A stretch of DNA of 37,215 nt from a virus. Lineage: Duplodnaviria > Heunggongvirae > Uroviricota > Caudoviricetes. Positions 24,647-34,582 of this stretch are shown one piece after another; within the stretch, counting starts at the first letter, position 1, and every line of letters starts with the position of its first letter. The notes beneath the pieces are model-generated. The model saw only the letters and a list, made by a program, of their open reading frames with translations, had not been told where the DNA came from and made no database searches. The translations under genes were made by a program, and so were the position numbers. The stretch is from IMG/VR virus record IMGVR_UViG_2541047928_000009, positions 1 to 37,215 of that record. One strand, 5' to 3'.

Positions 24647-27600
24647 TTTGGGGATTGATGCGGCAGAGTTTAAAAATGAAATCCCCCGTATCAAAAACCT
24701 TCTGAATGGTGCAGCCAGCGATGCAGAACGGTCTTCTGCCCGTATGCAGCGTTTTATGGAGCGTCAGACTCAGGCCGCCCGGCAGACAACGCAGGCGGCG
24801 TCTTCGGCTGCAACAGCCGCATCCGTTCATGCGCAGACGGTGGAGAAGAACGCACAGGCTCATGAACGCATGGCCCGCGAGGTGGAGAAAACCCGCCAGC
24901 GTATGGAGGCGCTGAGCCAGAAAATGCGCGAGGAACAGGCGCAGGCCATGGCTCTGGCGGAGGCTCAGGATAAAGCTGCTGCTGCGTTTTATCGTCAGAT
25001 TGACAGTGTGAAACAGGCCAGTGCGGGTCTGCAGGAATTACAGCGTATTCAGCAGCAGATCCGACAGGCCAGAAACAGTGGCGGGATTGGTCAGCAGGAT
25101 TATCTGGCGCTGATTTCTGAGGTTACGGCGAAAACCCGTGTTCTTACACAGGCTGAGGAAGAGGCTACCCGACAGAAAGTGGCGTTTATCCGTCAGCTTA
25201 AAGAGCAGGCAACCCGCCAGAATCTTTCTTCTTCTGAGTTGCTTCGTGCTAAGGCTGCCCAGCTGGGGGTAAGCAGTGCTGCAGAAGTGTATATCCGCAA
25301 AATGGAGCAGGCAGGAAAAGCCACGCATTCGCTGGGGCTGAAAAGTGCAGCGGCCCGTCAGGAGATAGGCGTTCTGATAGGTGAACTGGCCCGCGGAAAT
25401 TTAGGTGCGCTGAGGGGATCCGGAATAACGCTGGCTAACCGTGCTGGGTGGATAGACACATTGATGTCACCGAAAGGCATGATGCTTGGCGGGGTTATTG
25501 GCGGTATTGCCGCGGCTGTCTATGGCCTGGGTAAAGCCTGGTATGACGGTCAGAAGGAGGGGGAAGAATTTAACCGCCAGCTGTCGCTGACGGGGCATTA
25601 TGCCGGAGTCACTGCCGGGCAGCTGTGGACGCTCAGTCGTGCTATTTCCGGGAATGGTATCACGCAACATGCTGCAGCCGGTGCGCTGGCTCAGGTGGTG
25701 GGGAGTGGTGCATTTCGTGGAAACGATATCGGTATGGTGGCGAGAGCTGCCGCACAGATGGAGCGATCGGTTGGCCAGTCGGTCAGCGATACCATAAATC
25801 AGTTTAAGCGGCTGAAGGATGATCCTGTAAATGCCGCGAAGTCTCTGGACAATGAGCTGCATTTTCTTATTGCCACTCAGCTTGAGCAGATACGCGTCCT
25901 TGGAGAGCAGGGGCGGTCCAGTGATGCGGCACGGATAGCCATGTCTGCACTGGCAGAGGAAACCGGTCGGCGTACTGCGGATATTGATAATAACCTCAAT
26001 GCGCTGGGCAGTACGCTGCAAACTTTATCTGACTGGTGGAAGCAGTTCTGGGATGCGGCCATGAATATTGGTCGTGAAGATTCGCTGGATGCGCAGATTG
26101 CCACTTTGCAGGAGAAAGTGTCGCGGGCGAAAAGACTCCCCTGGACGGCATCATCTTCTCAGGTTGAATACGATCAGCAGCGTCTTAACGATCTTCAGGA
26201 GAAAAAACGCCAGAAGGATTTGCAGGATGCAAAAGAGCAGGCAGAGCGGAATTATCAGGAGCAACAGAAACGCCGTAATGCTGAAAATGCTGCACTGAAC
26301 CGGATGAATGAAACGGAAGCTGCACGACATCAGCGTGAAATTGCGCGTATTAATGCCATGCAGTACGCCGATCAGGCTGTCAGGGATGCGGCGATACAAC
26401 GTGAAAATGAACGTTACGAGAAAGCCCTGGCATCCGGTAAGAAAAAAACACGCGAAACCCGTAATGATGAGGCCACCCGGTTATTGCTGCAGTACAGTCA
26501 GCAACAGGCACAGGTGGAAGGACAGATTGCTGCTGCAAGACAGTCAGCAGGCATTGCCACTGAAAAGATGACAGAAGCGCATAAACAGCTTCTGGCTCTG
26601 CAGCAGCGCATCAGCGATCTGGACGGGAAAAAACTGACGGCAGATGAAAAGAGTGTGCTGGCCCGTAAAGATGAACTGATTCAGGCACTGACGCTGCTGG
26701 ATGTAAAACAGCAGGAGCTTCAGAAACAGACGGCACTCAACGATCTGAAGAAAAAAACAATTCAGCTGACCAGTCAACTGGCTGAAGAAGAGCGCGCTCA
26801 GCGTCAGCAACATGACCTGGATATCGCCACGGTTGGTATGGGTGATCAGCAGCGGCAGCGATATCAGGTACAACTGAGTCTTCGCCAGAAATACCAGCAA
26901 CAGCTGGAGCAGTTGAGGCGGGATAGTGAGCAGAAAGGGACATATAACACGGATGACTACAGAAAGGCCGAGCAGGCGCTGACGGAGAGTCTGAACCGAC
27001 AACTGAATGAGAATCGCCGTTACTGGCAACAGCTTGAAATTGCTCAGGGTAACTGGAAAAACGGAGTCCTGCGTGCACTCCAGAATGTCACTGAGAATGC
27101 GGATAACACAGCCGGGACAGTGGAACAGTTGTTCACGTCTGCGTTCAGTAGCATGAGTGATTGGCTGGCGACATTCTGTACTACAGGCAAACTCAATTTC
27201 AAATCTTTTACTTCTTCTGTGCTGTCAGATATGTCCAGAATCATGGCTCAGATAGCTTTAATGAAAGCGGTAAAAGGCATTGCTTCCGCGCTGCCTTTTG
27301 ATTTTGTAGCCAATGCTGATGGCGGTGTTTATCAGTCGGCTGATTTGAGTCGCTACAGTGGCACGGTGGTTAACCGTCCGACGTTTTTTGCTTTTGCAAA
27401 AGGCGCGGGTGTGATGGGGGAAGCTGGACCTGAAGCCATTCTGCCACTGCGTCGTGGTGCTGACGGTAAGCTGGGGGTTGTGGCGGATATTGGTGGTTCA
27501 GGTATGGCGATGTTTGCCCCGCAGTACAACATCGAGATCAATAACGATGGCACGAACGGGCAGATAGGTCCGGCTGCCCTGAAGGTGGTTTATGATCTCG

Positions 27601-27674
27601 GGAAAAAAGCGGCAGCGGACTTTATGCAACAGCAGGCCCGTGATGGTGGTCGGTTAAGTGGAGCATATCGGTAA
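24618..27674 (+). CDS. H: Tail tape measure protein (gpH-like)
   Basis: About 1018 aa, coiled-coil-rich, between G/T and M; C-terminal region resembles lambda H. Confidence 0.9.
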   Translation: MDQIANLVIDLGIDAAEFKNEIPRIKNLLNGAASDAERSSARMQRFMERQTQAARQTTQAASSAATAASVHAQTVEKNAQAHERMAREVEKTRQRMEALSQKMREEQAQAMALAEAQDKAAAAFYRQIDSVKQASAGLQELQRIQQQIRQARNSGGIGQQDYLALISEVTAKTRVLTQAEEEATRQKVAFIRQLKEQATRQNLSSSELLRAKAAQLGVSSAAEVYIRKMEQAGKATHSLGLKSAAARQEIGVLIGELARGNLGALRGSGITLANRAGWIDTLMSPKGMMLGGVIGGIAAAVYGLGKAWYDGQKEGEEFNRQLSLTGHYAGVTAGQLWTLSRAISGNGITQHAAAGALAQVVGSGAFRGNDIGMVARAAAQMERSVGQSVSDTINQFKRLKDDPVNAAKSLDNELHFLIATQLEQIRVLGEQGRSSDAARIAMSALAEETGRRTADIDNNLNALGSTLQTLSDWWKQFWDAAMNIGREDSLDAQIATLQEKVSRAKRLPWTASSSQVEYDQQRLNDLQEKKRQKDLQDAKEQAERNYQEQQKRRNAENAALNRMNETEAARHQREIARINAMQYADQAVRDAAIQRENERYEKALASGKKKTRETRNDEATRLLLQYSQQQAQVEGQIAAARQSAGIATEKMTEAHKQLLALQQRISDLDGKKLTADEKSVLARKDELIQALTLLDVKQQELQKQTALNDLKKKTIQLTSQLAEEERAQRQQHDLDIATVGMGDQQRQRYQVQLSLRQKYQQQLEQLRRDSEQKGTYNTDDYRKAEQALTESLNRQLNENRRYWQQLEIAQGNWKNGVLRALQNVTENADNTAGTVEQLFTSAFSSMSDWLATFCTTGKLNFKSFTSSVLSDMSRIMAQIALMKAVKGIASALPFDFVANADGGVYQSADLSRYSGTVVNRPTFFAFAKGAGVMGEAGPEAILPLRRGADGKLGVVADIGGSGMAMFAPQYNIEINNDGTNGQIGPAALKVVYDLGKKAAADFMQQQARDGGRLSGAYR

Positions 27675-28003
27675 TGGAGACGTTTCACTGGAAAGTGCGC
27701 CCGGATATGAATGTGGTATCAGAGCCGAAAGTGGTGACAGTGAAGCTGGGCGATGGTTATGAACAGCGTCGTGCGGCGGGACTGAATAACCAGTTGTCGA
27801 CTTACAGCGTGACGATACGTGTTCGTAAATGTGAACACCCATCTTTAAAAGCCTTTCTGGAACGGCACGGTGGCGTCCGCGCATTTCAGTGGACGCCACC
27901 TTATGACTGGAAGCCGATCAGGGTGGTTTGTCGTAAATGGTCGGCAAGCGTGGGGGCGCTGTGGGTAACCATAACGGCAGATTTTGAACAGGTCGTGGCA
28001 TAG
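27674..28003 (+). CDS. M: Minor tail protein M
   Basis: METFHWKVRPDMNVVSEPKVVTVKLGDGYEQR...HGGVRAFQWTPPYDWKPIRVVCRKWS matches lambda gpM. Confidence 0.9.
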   Translation: METFHWKVRPDMNVVSEPKVVTVKLGDGYEQRRAAGLNNQLSTYSVTIRVRKCEHPSLKAFLERHGGVRAFQWTPPYDWKPIRVVCRKWSASVGALWVTITADFEQVVA

Positions 28004-28012
28004 GAGGCCCTG

Positions 28013-28711
28013 ATGCAGGATATTCCACAGGAAACACATCATGAGACGACACGCCTCACTCAGTCAGCCCAGGTGGTGCTCTGGGAAATCGATCTGACAG
28101 AGGTCGGTGGTGAACGTTATTTTTTCTGTAATGAGCAGAACGAAAAAGGTGAGCCGGTCACCTGGCAGGGGCGGCAGTATCAGGCATACCCCATTCAGGG
28201 GACAGGATTTGAACTGAACGGCAAGGGCAGTGCTGCCCGTCCGACACTGACGGTTTCTAACCTGCACGGTATGGTCACCGGTATGGCGGAAGATCTGCAG
28301 AGTCTGGTCGGCGGAACGGTGGTCCGGCGTAAGGTTTACGCCCGTTTTCTGGATGCGGTGAACTTCGTCAACGGAAACAGTGATGCCGACCCGGAGCAGG
28401 AGGTGATCAGCAGCTGGCGCATCGAGCAGTGCAGTGAACTGAGTGCGGTCAGTGCTTCTTTTGTACTGTCCACGCCGACGGAAACGGATGGCGCTGTTTT
28501 TCCGGGGCGTATCATGCTGGCCAACACCTGCACCTGGACCTATCGCGGTGATGAGTGCGGTTATAACGGTCCGGCTGTCGCGGATGAATATGACCAGCCG
28601 ACGTCCGATATCACGAAGGATAAATGCAGCAAATGCCTGAGCGGCTGTAAGTTTCGCAATAACGTCGGCAACTTTGGCGGTTACCTTTCCATTAACAAAC
28701 TTTCGCAGTAA
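28013..28711 (+). CDS. L: Minor tail protein L
   Basis: Almost identical over its length to lambda gpL as I recall it (MQDI.QET...VVLWEIDLTEVGGERYFFCNEQNEKGEPVTWQGRQYQ...). Confidence 0.95.
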   Translation: MQDIPQETHHETTRLTQSAQVVLWEIDLTEVGGERYFFCNEQNEKGEPVTWQGRQYQAYPIQGTGFELNGKGSAARPTLTVSNLHGMVTGMAEDLQSLVGGTVVRRKVYARFLDAVNFVNGNSDADPEQEVISSWRIEQCSELSAVSASFVLSTPTETDGAVFPGRIMLANTCTWTYRGDECGYNGPAVADEYDQPTSDITKDKCSKCLSGCKFRNNVGNFGGYLSINKLSQ

Positions 28712-28716
28712 ATCCC

Positions 28717-29460
28717 ATGACAGAGACAGAATCAGCGATTCTGGCGCACGCCCGGCGATGTGCGCCAGCGGAGTCGTGCGGCTTCGTGGTGAGAACGCCG
28801 GAGGGAAAAAGATATTTTCCCTGCGTGAATATCTCCGGTGAGCCGGAGGCGTATTTCCGGATGGCTCCGGAGGACTGGCTGCGGGCAGAAATGCAGGGTG
28901 AGATTGTGGCGCTGGTCCACAGTCACCCCGGTGGTCTGCCCTGGCTGAGTGAGGCCGATCGGCGGCTGCAGGTGCAGAGTGATTTGCCGTGGTGGCTGGT
29001 CTGCCGCGGGGCGATTCACAAGTTCCGCTGTGTGCCACATCTTACCGGGCGGCGCTTTGAGCACGGGGTGACGGACTGTTACACGCTGTTCCGGGATGCA
29101 TACCATCTGGCGGGGATTGAGATGCCGGATTTTCATCGTGAGGATGACTGGTGGCGTCACGGTCAGAATCTCTATCTGGATAATCTGGAGGCAACGGGGC
29201 TGTATCAGGTGCCGTTGTCAGCGGCGCAGCCGGGCGATGTGCTGCTGTGCTGTTTTGGTTCATCGGTGCCGAATCACGCCGCCATTTACTGTGGTGACGG
29301 CGAGCTGCTGCACCATATTCCTGAACAACTGAGCAAACGAGAGAGGTATACCGACAAATGGCAGCGACGCACACACTCCCTCTGGCGTCACCGGGCATGG
29401 CGCGCATCTGCCTTTACGGGGATTTACAACGATTTGGCCGCCGTATCGACCTTCGTGTGA
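28717..29460 (+). CDS. K: Tail assembly protein K (MPN/JAB plus NlpC/P60-like)
   Basis: Near-identical to lambda gpK (MTETESAILAHARRCAPAESCGFVV...HSHPGG...). Confidence 0.95.
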   Translation: MTETESAILAHARRCAPAESCGFVVRTPEGKRYFPCVNISGEPEAYFRMAPEDWLRAEMQGEIVALVHSHPGGLPWLSEADRRLQVQSDLPWWLVCRGAIHKFRCVPHLTGRRFEHGVTDCYTLFRDAYHLAGIEMPDFHREDDWWRHGQNLYLDNLEATGLYQVPLSAAQPGDVLLCCFGSSVPNHAAIYCGDGELLHHIPEQLSKRERYTDKWQRRTHSLWRHRAWRASAFTGIYNDLAAVSTFV

Positions 29461-30005
29461 AAACGGGGGCTGAAGCCATCCGGGCACTGGCCACACAGCT
29501 CCCGGCGTTTCGTCAGAAACTGAGCGACGGCTGGTATCAGGTGCGTATTGCCGGGCGTGATGCAGGCGAAAACGAATTATCTGCCCGTCTTAATGAGCCG
29601 CTGGCAAATGGTGCCGTGATCCACATCGTACCGCGCCTGGCGGGGGCTAAAAGTGGCGGCGTATTTCAGGCTGTGCTGGGGGCGGCGCTGATTGCGGTGG
29701 CATGGTGGAACCCTGCAGGCTGGCTGGGTGCTGCGGCTTTATCGGGCATGTATGCGGCAGGAGCCAGTATGATCCTGGGCGGTGTGGCCCAGATGCTGGC
29801 ACCGAAAGCCCGGACGCCCACAGCGACCAGCACGGATAACGGTAAGCAGAACACCTATTTCTCGTCACTGGATAACATGGTTGCTCAGGGCAATGTTTTG
29901 CCTGTTCTGTACGGTGAAATGCGTGTGGGGTCGCGGGTGGTATCTCAGGAGATCAGCACGGCAGACGAAGGTGACGGTGGTCAGGTTGTGGTGATTGGTC
30001 GCTGA
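29358..30005 (+). CDS. I: Tail assembly protein I
   Basis: MAATHTLPLASPGMARICLYGDLQRFGRRIDLRVKTGAEAIRALATQLPAFRQKLSDGWYQVRIAGRD... matches lambda gpI; overlaps the K 3' end. Confidence 0.9.
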   Translation: MAATHTLPLASPGMARICLYGDLQRFGRRIDLRVKTGAEAIRALATQLPAFRQKLSDGWYQVRIAGRDAGENELSARLNEPLANGAVIHIVPRLAGAKSGGVFQAVLGAALIAVAWWNPAGWLGAAALSGMYAAGASMILGGVAQMLAPKARTPTATSTDNGKQNTYFSSLDNMVAQGNVLPVLYGEMRVGSRVVSQEISTADEGDGGQVVVIGR

Positions 30006-30065
30006 TGCAAAATGTTTTATGTGAAACCGCCTGCTGGCGGTTTTGTCGTTTATGGAGCGTGAGGA

Positions 30066-33000
30066 ATGGGTAAAGGAAGCAGTAAGGGGCATACCCCGCG
30101 CGAAGCGAAGGACAACCTGAAGTCCACGCAGTTGCTGAGTGTGATCGATGCCATCAGCGAAGGGCCGGTTGAAGGTCCGGTGGATGGATTAAAAAGCGTG
30201 CTGCTGAACAGTACGCCGGTGCTGGACACTGAGGGGAATACCAACATCTCCGGTGTCACGGTGGTGTTCCGTGCCGGTGAGCAGGAGCAGACACCGCCGG
30301 AGGGGTTTGAATCCTCCGGCTCCGAGACGGTGCTGGGTACGGAAGTGAAATATGACACGCCGATCACCCGCACCATTACGTCTGCAAACATCGACCGTCT
30401 GCGCTTTACCTTCGGTGTACAGGCACTGGTGGAAACCACCTCAAAGGGTGACAGGAATCCGTCGGAAGTCCGTCTGCTGGTTCAGATACAACGTAACGGT
30501 GGCTGGGTGACGGAAAAAGACATCACCATTAAGGGCAAAACCACCTCGCAGTATCTGGCCTCGGTGGTGGTGGGGAGCCTGCCGCCGCGCCCGTTTAATA
30601 TCCGGATGCGCAGGATGACGCCGGACAGCACCACAGACCAGCTGCAGAACAAAACGCTCTGGTCGTCATACACCGAAATCATCGATGTGAAACAGTGCTA
30701 CCCGAACACGGCACTGGTCGGCGTTCAGGTGGACTCGGAGCAGTTCGGCAGTCAGCAGGTGAGCCGTAATTATCATCTTCGCGGGCGTATTCTGCAGGTG
30801 CCGTCGAATTATAACCCGCAGACGCGGCAATACAGCGGTATCTGGGACGGAACGTTTAAGCCAGCATACAGCAACAACATGGCCTGGTGTCTGTGGGATA
30901 TGCTGACCCATCCGCGCTACGGCATGGGGAAACGTCTTGGTGCGGCGGATGTGGATAAATGGGCGCTGTATGTCATCGGCCAGTACTGCGACCAGTCGGT
31001 GCCGGATGGCTTTGGTGGCACGGAGCCGCGCATCACCTGTAATGCGTACATGACCACGCAGCGCAAGGCGTGGGATGTTCTCAGTGATTTCTGCTCGGCG
31101 ATGCGCTGTATGCCGGTATGGAACGGGCAGACGCTGACGTTCGTGCAGGACCGACCGTCGGATAAGGTGTGGACCTATAACCGCAGTAATGTGGTGATGC
31201 CGGATGATGGCGCGCCGTTCCGCTACAGCTTCAGCGCCCTGAAGGACCGCCATAATGCCGTTGAGGTGAACTGGATTGACCCGGATAACGGCTGGGAGAC
31301 GGCGACAGAGCTTGTGGAGGACACGCAGGCCATTGCCCGTTACGGTCGTAACGTCACGAAGATGGATGCCTTTGGCTGTACCAGCCGGGGGCAGGCACAC
31401 CGCGCCGGGCTGTGGCTGATTAAAACGGAACTGCTGGAAACGCAGACCGTGGATTTCAGCGTGGGTGCTGAAGGGCTTCGCCATGTACCGGGCGATGTCA
31501 TTGAAATCTGTGATGATGACTATGCCGGTATCAGCATCGGCGGGCGCGTGCTGGCGGTGAACAGCCAGACGCGGACACTGACGCTCGACCGTGAAATCAC
31601 GCTGCCATCCTCCGGCACCACGCTGATAAGCCTGGTTGACGGACAGGGGAATCCGGTCAGCGTGGAGGTCCAGTCCGTCACCGACGGCGTGAAGGTGAAA
31701 GTGAGCCGGGTTCCTGACGGCGTTGCCGAGTACAGCGTGTGGGGGCTGAAGCTGCCGACGCTGCGCCAGCGCCTGTTCCGCTGTGTGAGTATCCGGGAGA
31801 ACGATGACGGTGCGTATGCCATCACCGCCGTGCAGCATGTACCGGAAAAAGAGGCCATCGTGGATAACGGAGCGCACTTTGACGGCGACCAGAGCGGCAC
31901 GGTGAATGGTGTCACGCCGCCAGCGGTGCAGCACCTGACCGCCGAAGTCACCGCAGACAGCGGGGAATATCAGGTGCTGGCGCGCTGGGACACGCCGAAG
32001 GTGGTGAAGGGCGTGAGCTTCCTGCTCCGTCTGACCGTAACAGCGGATGACGGCAGTGAGCGGCTGGTCAGCACGGCCCGGACGGCGGAAACCACTTACC
32101 GCTTCAGGCAGCTGGCGCTGGGGCGTTACACGCTGACGGTCCGGGCGGTAAATGCCCGGGGACAGCAGGGCGATCCGGCGTCGGTATCGTTCCGGATTGC
32201 CGCACCGGCAGCGCCGTCGCGGATTGAGCTGACGCCGGGGTATTTTCAGATAACGGCGGTCCCGCGTCTTGCGGTGTATGACCCGACGGTACAGTTTGAA
32301 TTCTGGTTCTCAGAAAAACGCATCACGAACACAGCACAGGTGGAAAAATCTGCCCGTTATCTGGGGACCGGCAGTCAGTGGACTGTCCAGGGGAGCCGGA
32401 TTAAGCCGGGGACGGATTTCTGGTTTTACGTGCGAAGCGTCAACCTGGTGGGAAAATCTGCTTTTGTGGAAGCCAGCGGGCAGCCCAGCAATGATGGTGA
32501 AGGGTATCTGGAAATTTTCCGGGGGCTGATAGATGAGACGCTTCTGGGCCAGGCACTGAAAGAGCGCATTGATGCTTCAGCGCTGCGTACGGAGGTCACG
32601 CAACTGGAAGAAGATATCCGTCAGCGGATGGACACGGATATCGCAGAAGTGACCCGGAAAATCGGGAAGGCGGAAAACAGCCTCACGCAGCTGGTTGCGA
32701 AAAAGAATGAGGACCAGACACTGGCCATCGCGCAGGTGAGCCAGAAAGTGGACCGGGTGAGCAGTGAAATCTCACAGACTGTCAGCCAGGGGCAGTCAGA
32801 AAACGCCCGACAGATAGCACAGGTCCGCCAGTACGTGGATAAAAAAGGGAGTGAAATTACCTCGACCACGGATAAAAAGCTGGGTGACCAGGCCGTGACC
32901 ATACAGCAAATCCAGCGGGTTCAGTCAGACACGCGCAATGAGCTGAATGCCATGTATATGCTGAAGGTGCAGAAAACAAAAAACGGTATTCCCTATGTGG

Positions 33001-33764
33001 CCGGGATTGGCGCGGGGATTGAGGATGTTGATGGTCAGACCCTGAGTAACATTCTGCTGCAGGCCGATCGCATTGCGATGATTACCCCGGAGAACGGCAA
33101 CACCACGCCGCTGTTTGTGGCGCAGGGGAATCAGCTGTTCATGAACGACGTGTTCCTGAAGCGACTGTTTGCGGTGAGCATCACGTCATCCGGCAATCCT
33201 CCGACGTTTTCCCTGACGCCGGATGGCAGGCTGACAGCCCGCAATGCGGATATCAGTGGAGCCATCACGGCGAATACCGGCACGCTCAATAATGTCACCA
33301 TTAACGAGAACTGTGTCATCAGAGGGAAACTGTCTGCAAACCAGATTGAAGGCGATCTCGTTAAAACAGTGGGTAAGGCTTTCCCCCGTGACTCCCGTGC
33401 ACCGAAGCGTTGGCCATCAGGAACCATTACCGTCAGGGTTTATGACGATCAGCCGTTTAACCGGCAGATTGTTATTCCGGCGGTGGCTTTCAGCGGTGCC
33501 AGACATGAGCGGGAGAACAGCGATACTTATTCGTCATGCCGCCTGATAGTGAAGAAAAACGGTGCTGAAATTTATAACCGTACCGCGATGGATAATACGC
33601 TGGTTTACAGTGGTGTTATTGATATGCCTGCTGGTCGCGGCGACATGACGCTGGAGTTTTCTGTATCAGCATGGTGGGTAAATGGCTGGTATCCCACAGC
33701 AAGTATCAGCGATTTGCTGGTTGTTGTGATGAAGAAAGCCACTGCAGGCATCACGATTAGCTGA
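30066..33764 (+). CDS. J: Tail tip / host specificity protein J (central fibre), lambda-like N-terminal two-thirds with a divergent C-terminal region
   Basis: N-terminal about 800 aa closely match lambda J as recalled; 1232 aa versus about 1132 aa in lambda; the C-terminal third includes a coiled-coil-like insertion and a receptor-binding end that differs from lambda. Confidence 0.9.
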   Translation: MGKGSSKGHTPREAKDNLKSTQLLSVIDAISEGPVEGPVDGLKSVLLNSTPVLDTEGNTNISGVTVVFRAGEQEQTPPEGFESSGSETVLGTEVKYDTPITRTITSANIDRLRFTFGVQALVETTSKGDRNPSEVRLLVQIQRNGGWVTEKDITIKGKTTSQYLASVVVGSLPPRPFNIRMRRMTPDSTTDQLQNKTLWSSYTEIIDVKQCYPNTALVGVQVDSEQFGSQQVSRNYHLRGRILQVPSNYNPQTRQYSGIWDGTFKPAYSNNMAWCLWDMLTHPRYGMGKRLGAADVDKWALYVIGQYCDQSVPDGFGGTEPRITCNAYMTTQRKAWDVLSDFCSAMRCMPVWNGQTLTFVQDRPSDKVWTYNRSNVVMPDDGAPFRYSFSALKDRHNAVEVNWIDPDNGWETATELVEDTQAIARYGRNVTKMDAFGCTSRGQAHRAGLWLIKTELLETQTVDFSVGAEGLRHVPGDVIEICDDDYAGISIGGRVLAVNSQTRTLTLDREITLPSSGTTLISLVDGQGNPVSVEVQSVTDGVKVKVSRVPDGVAEYSVWGLKLPTLRQRLFRCVSIRENDDGAYAITAVQHVPEKEAIVDNGAHFDGDQSGTVNGVTPPAVQHLTAEVTADSGEYQVLARWDTPKVVKGVSFLLRLTVTADDGSERLVSTARTAETTYRFRQLALGRYTLTVRAVNARGQQGDPASVSFRIAAPAAPSRIELTPGYFQITAVPRLAVYDPTVQFEFWFSEKRITNTAQVEKSARYLGTGSQWTVQGSRIKPGTDFWFYVRSVNLVGKSAFVEASGQPSNDGEGYLEIFRGLIDETLLGQALKERIDASALRTEVTQLEEDIRQRMDTDIAEVTRKIGKAENSLTQLVAKKNEDQTLAIAQVSQKVDRVSSEISQTVSQGQSENARQIAQVRQYVDKKGSEITSTTDKKLGDQAVTIQQIQRVQSDTRNELNAMYMLKVQKTKNGIPYVAGIGAGIEDVDGQTLSNILLQADRIAMITPENGNTTPLFVAQGNQLFMNDVFLKRLFAVSITSSGNPPTFSLTPDGRLTARNADISGAITANTGTLNNVTINENCVIRGKLSANQIEGDLVKTVGKAFPRDSRAPKRWPSGTITVRVYDDQPFNRQIVIPAVAFSGARHERENSDTYSSCRLIVKKNGAEIYNRTAMDNTLVYSGVIDMPAGRGDMTLEFSVSAWWVNGWYPTASISDLLVVVMKKATAGITIS

Positions 33765-33782
33765 ATTTTATAACCCCAATAC

Positions 33783-33807
33783 GGGCGCCAGAAATGGCGC
33801 CTTTTTT
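33783..33807 (+). terminator. Rho-independent terminator after J
   Basis: Self-complementary GGCGCC-agaaat-GGCGCC hairpin followed by TTTTTTATT. Confidence 0.65.
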
Positions 33808-33831
33808 ATTGCAGAAAAGCGAGAGGTAATT

Positions 33832-34431
33832 ATGCGTAAATTATGTGCAGCCATTTTGTCCGCAGCCATCTGTCTGTCCGTATCCGGTGCGCCTGCATGG
33901 GCGTCTGAACATCAGTCCACACTGAGCGCGGGGTATCTTCATGCCCGTACGAACGCTCCCGGCAGCGATAATCTGAACGGGATTAACGTGAAATACCGTT
34001 ATGAATTTACGGACACGCTGGGGCTGATTACGTCCTTCAGTTATGCCGACGCAGAAGATGAACAAAAAACGCATTACAGCGATACCCGCTGGCATGAAGA
34101 TTCCGTGCGTAACCGCTGGTTCAGCGTAATGGCGGGGCCGTCTGTGCGCGTGAATGAATGGTTCAGCGCGTATGCGATGGCGGGTGTGGCTTACAGCCGT
34201 GTGTCGACTTTCTCCGGGGATTATCTCCGCGTAACTGACAACAAGGGGAAAACGCACGACGTGCTGACCGGAAGTGATGACGGTCGCCACAGCAATACCT
34301 CTCTGGCGTGGGGGGCTGGCGTGCAGTTTAACCCGACCGAATCCGTGGCCATTGACCTTGCTTATGAAGGCTCCGGCAGTGGCGACTGGCGAACGGATGC
34401 ATTTATTGTTGGTATCGGATACCGTTTCTGA
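33832..34431 (+). CDS. lom: Lom-like outer membrane protein (Ail/Lom/PagC family beta-barrel), a lysogenic-conversion moron
   Basis: Signal peptide MRKLCAAILSAAICLSVSGAPAWA; C-terminal AYEGSGSGDWRTDAFIVGIGYRF matches lambda Lom ...AYEGSGSGDWRTDGFIVGVGYKF; flanked by terminators. Confidence 0.85.
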   Translation: MRKLCAAILSAAICLSVSGAPAWASEHQSTLSAGYLHARTNAPGSDNLNGINVKYRYEFTDTLGLITSFSYADAEDEQKTHYSDTRWHEDSVRNRWFSVMAGPSVRVNEWFSAYAMAGVAYSRVSTFSGDYLRVTDNKGKTHDVLTGSDDGRHSNTSLAWGAGVQFNPTESVAIDLAYEGSGSGDWRTDAFIVGIGYRF

Positions 34432-34536
34432 CAACAGACGCCGATTTATCTTCTGTAAATATTGTTATGATACGCAGGTTCATCCGCCTTATGGAGTGAA
34501 CTGCGTTTGAGGAAACGTAAAGTTACACTGTCCTGA

Positions 34537-34568
34537 AGCCCGTGGCGTCACTGCTGCGGGCTTTTTTT
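34537..34568 (+). terminator. Rho-independent terminator after lom
   Basis: AAGCCCG...CGGGCTT stem followed by TTTTTTTATT. Confidence 0.55.
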
Positions 34569-34582
34569 ATTGGTGGAAAAGT

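Noticed and set aside
25467-27029. Minus-strand ORFs of 184 aa and 161 aa inside the tape measure gene
   Set aside because: Lie within the continuous tape measure frame; no RBS context; typical shadow ORFs.
28064-29038. 324 aa minus-strand ORF overlapping L and K
   Set aside because: Antisense to two tail genes that are near-identical to lambda L and K; Pro/Arg/Ala-rich low-complexity translation.
30666-31934. 422 aa minus-strand ORF (and 31520..31951) antisense to the J gene
   Set aside because: Entirely contained within a strongly supported, lambda-like J reading frame; Arg/His-rich composition typical of spurious antisense frames in GC-rich coding DNA.
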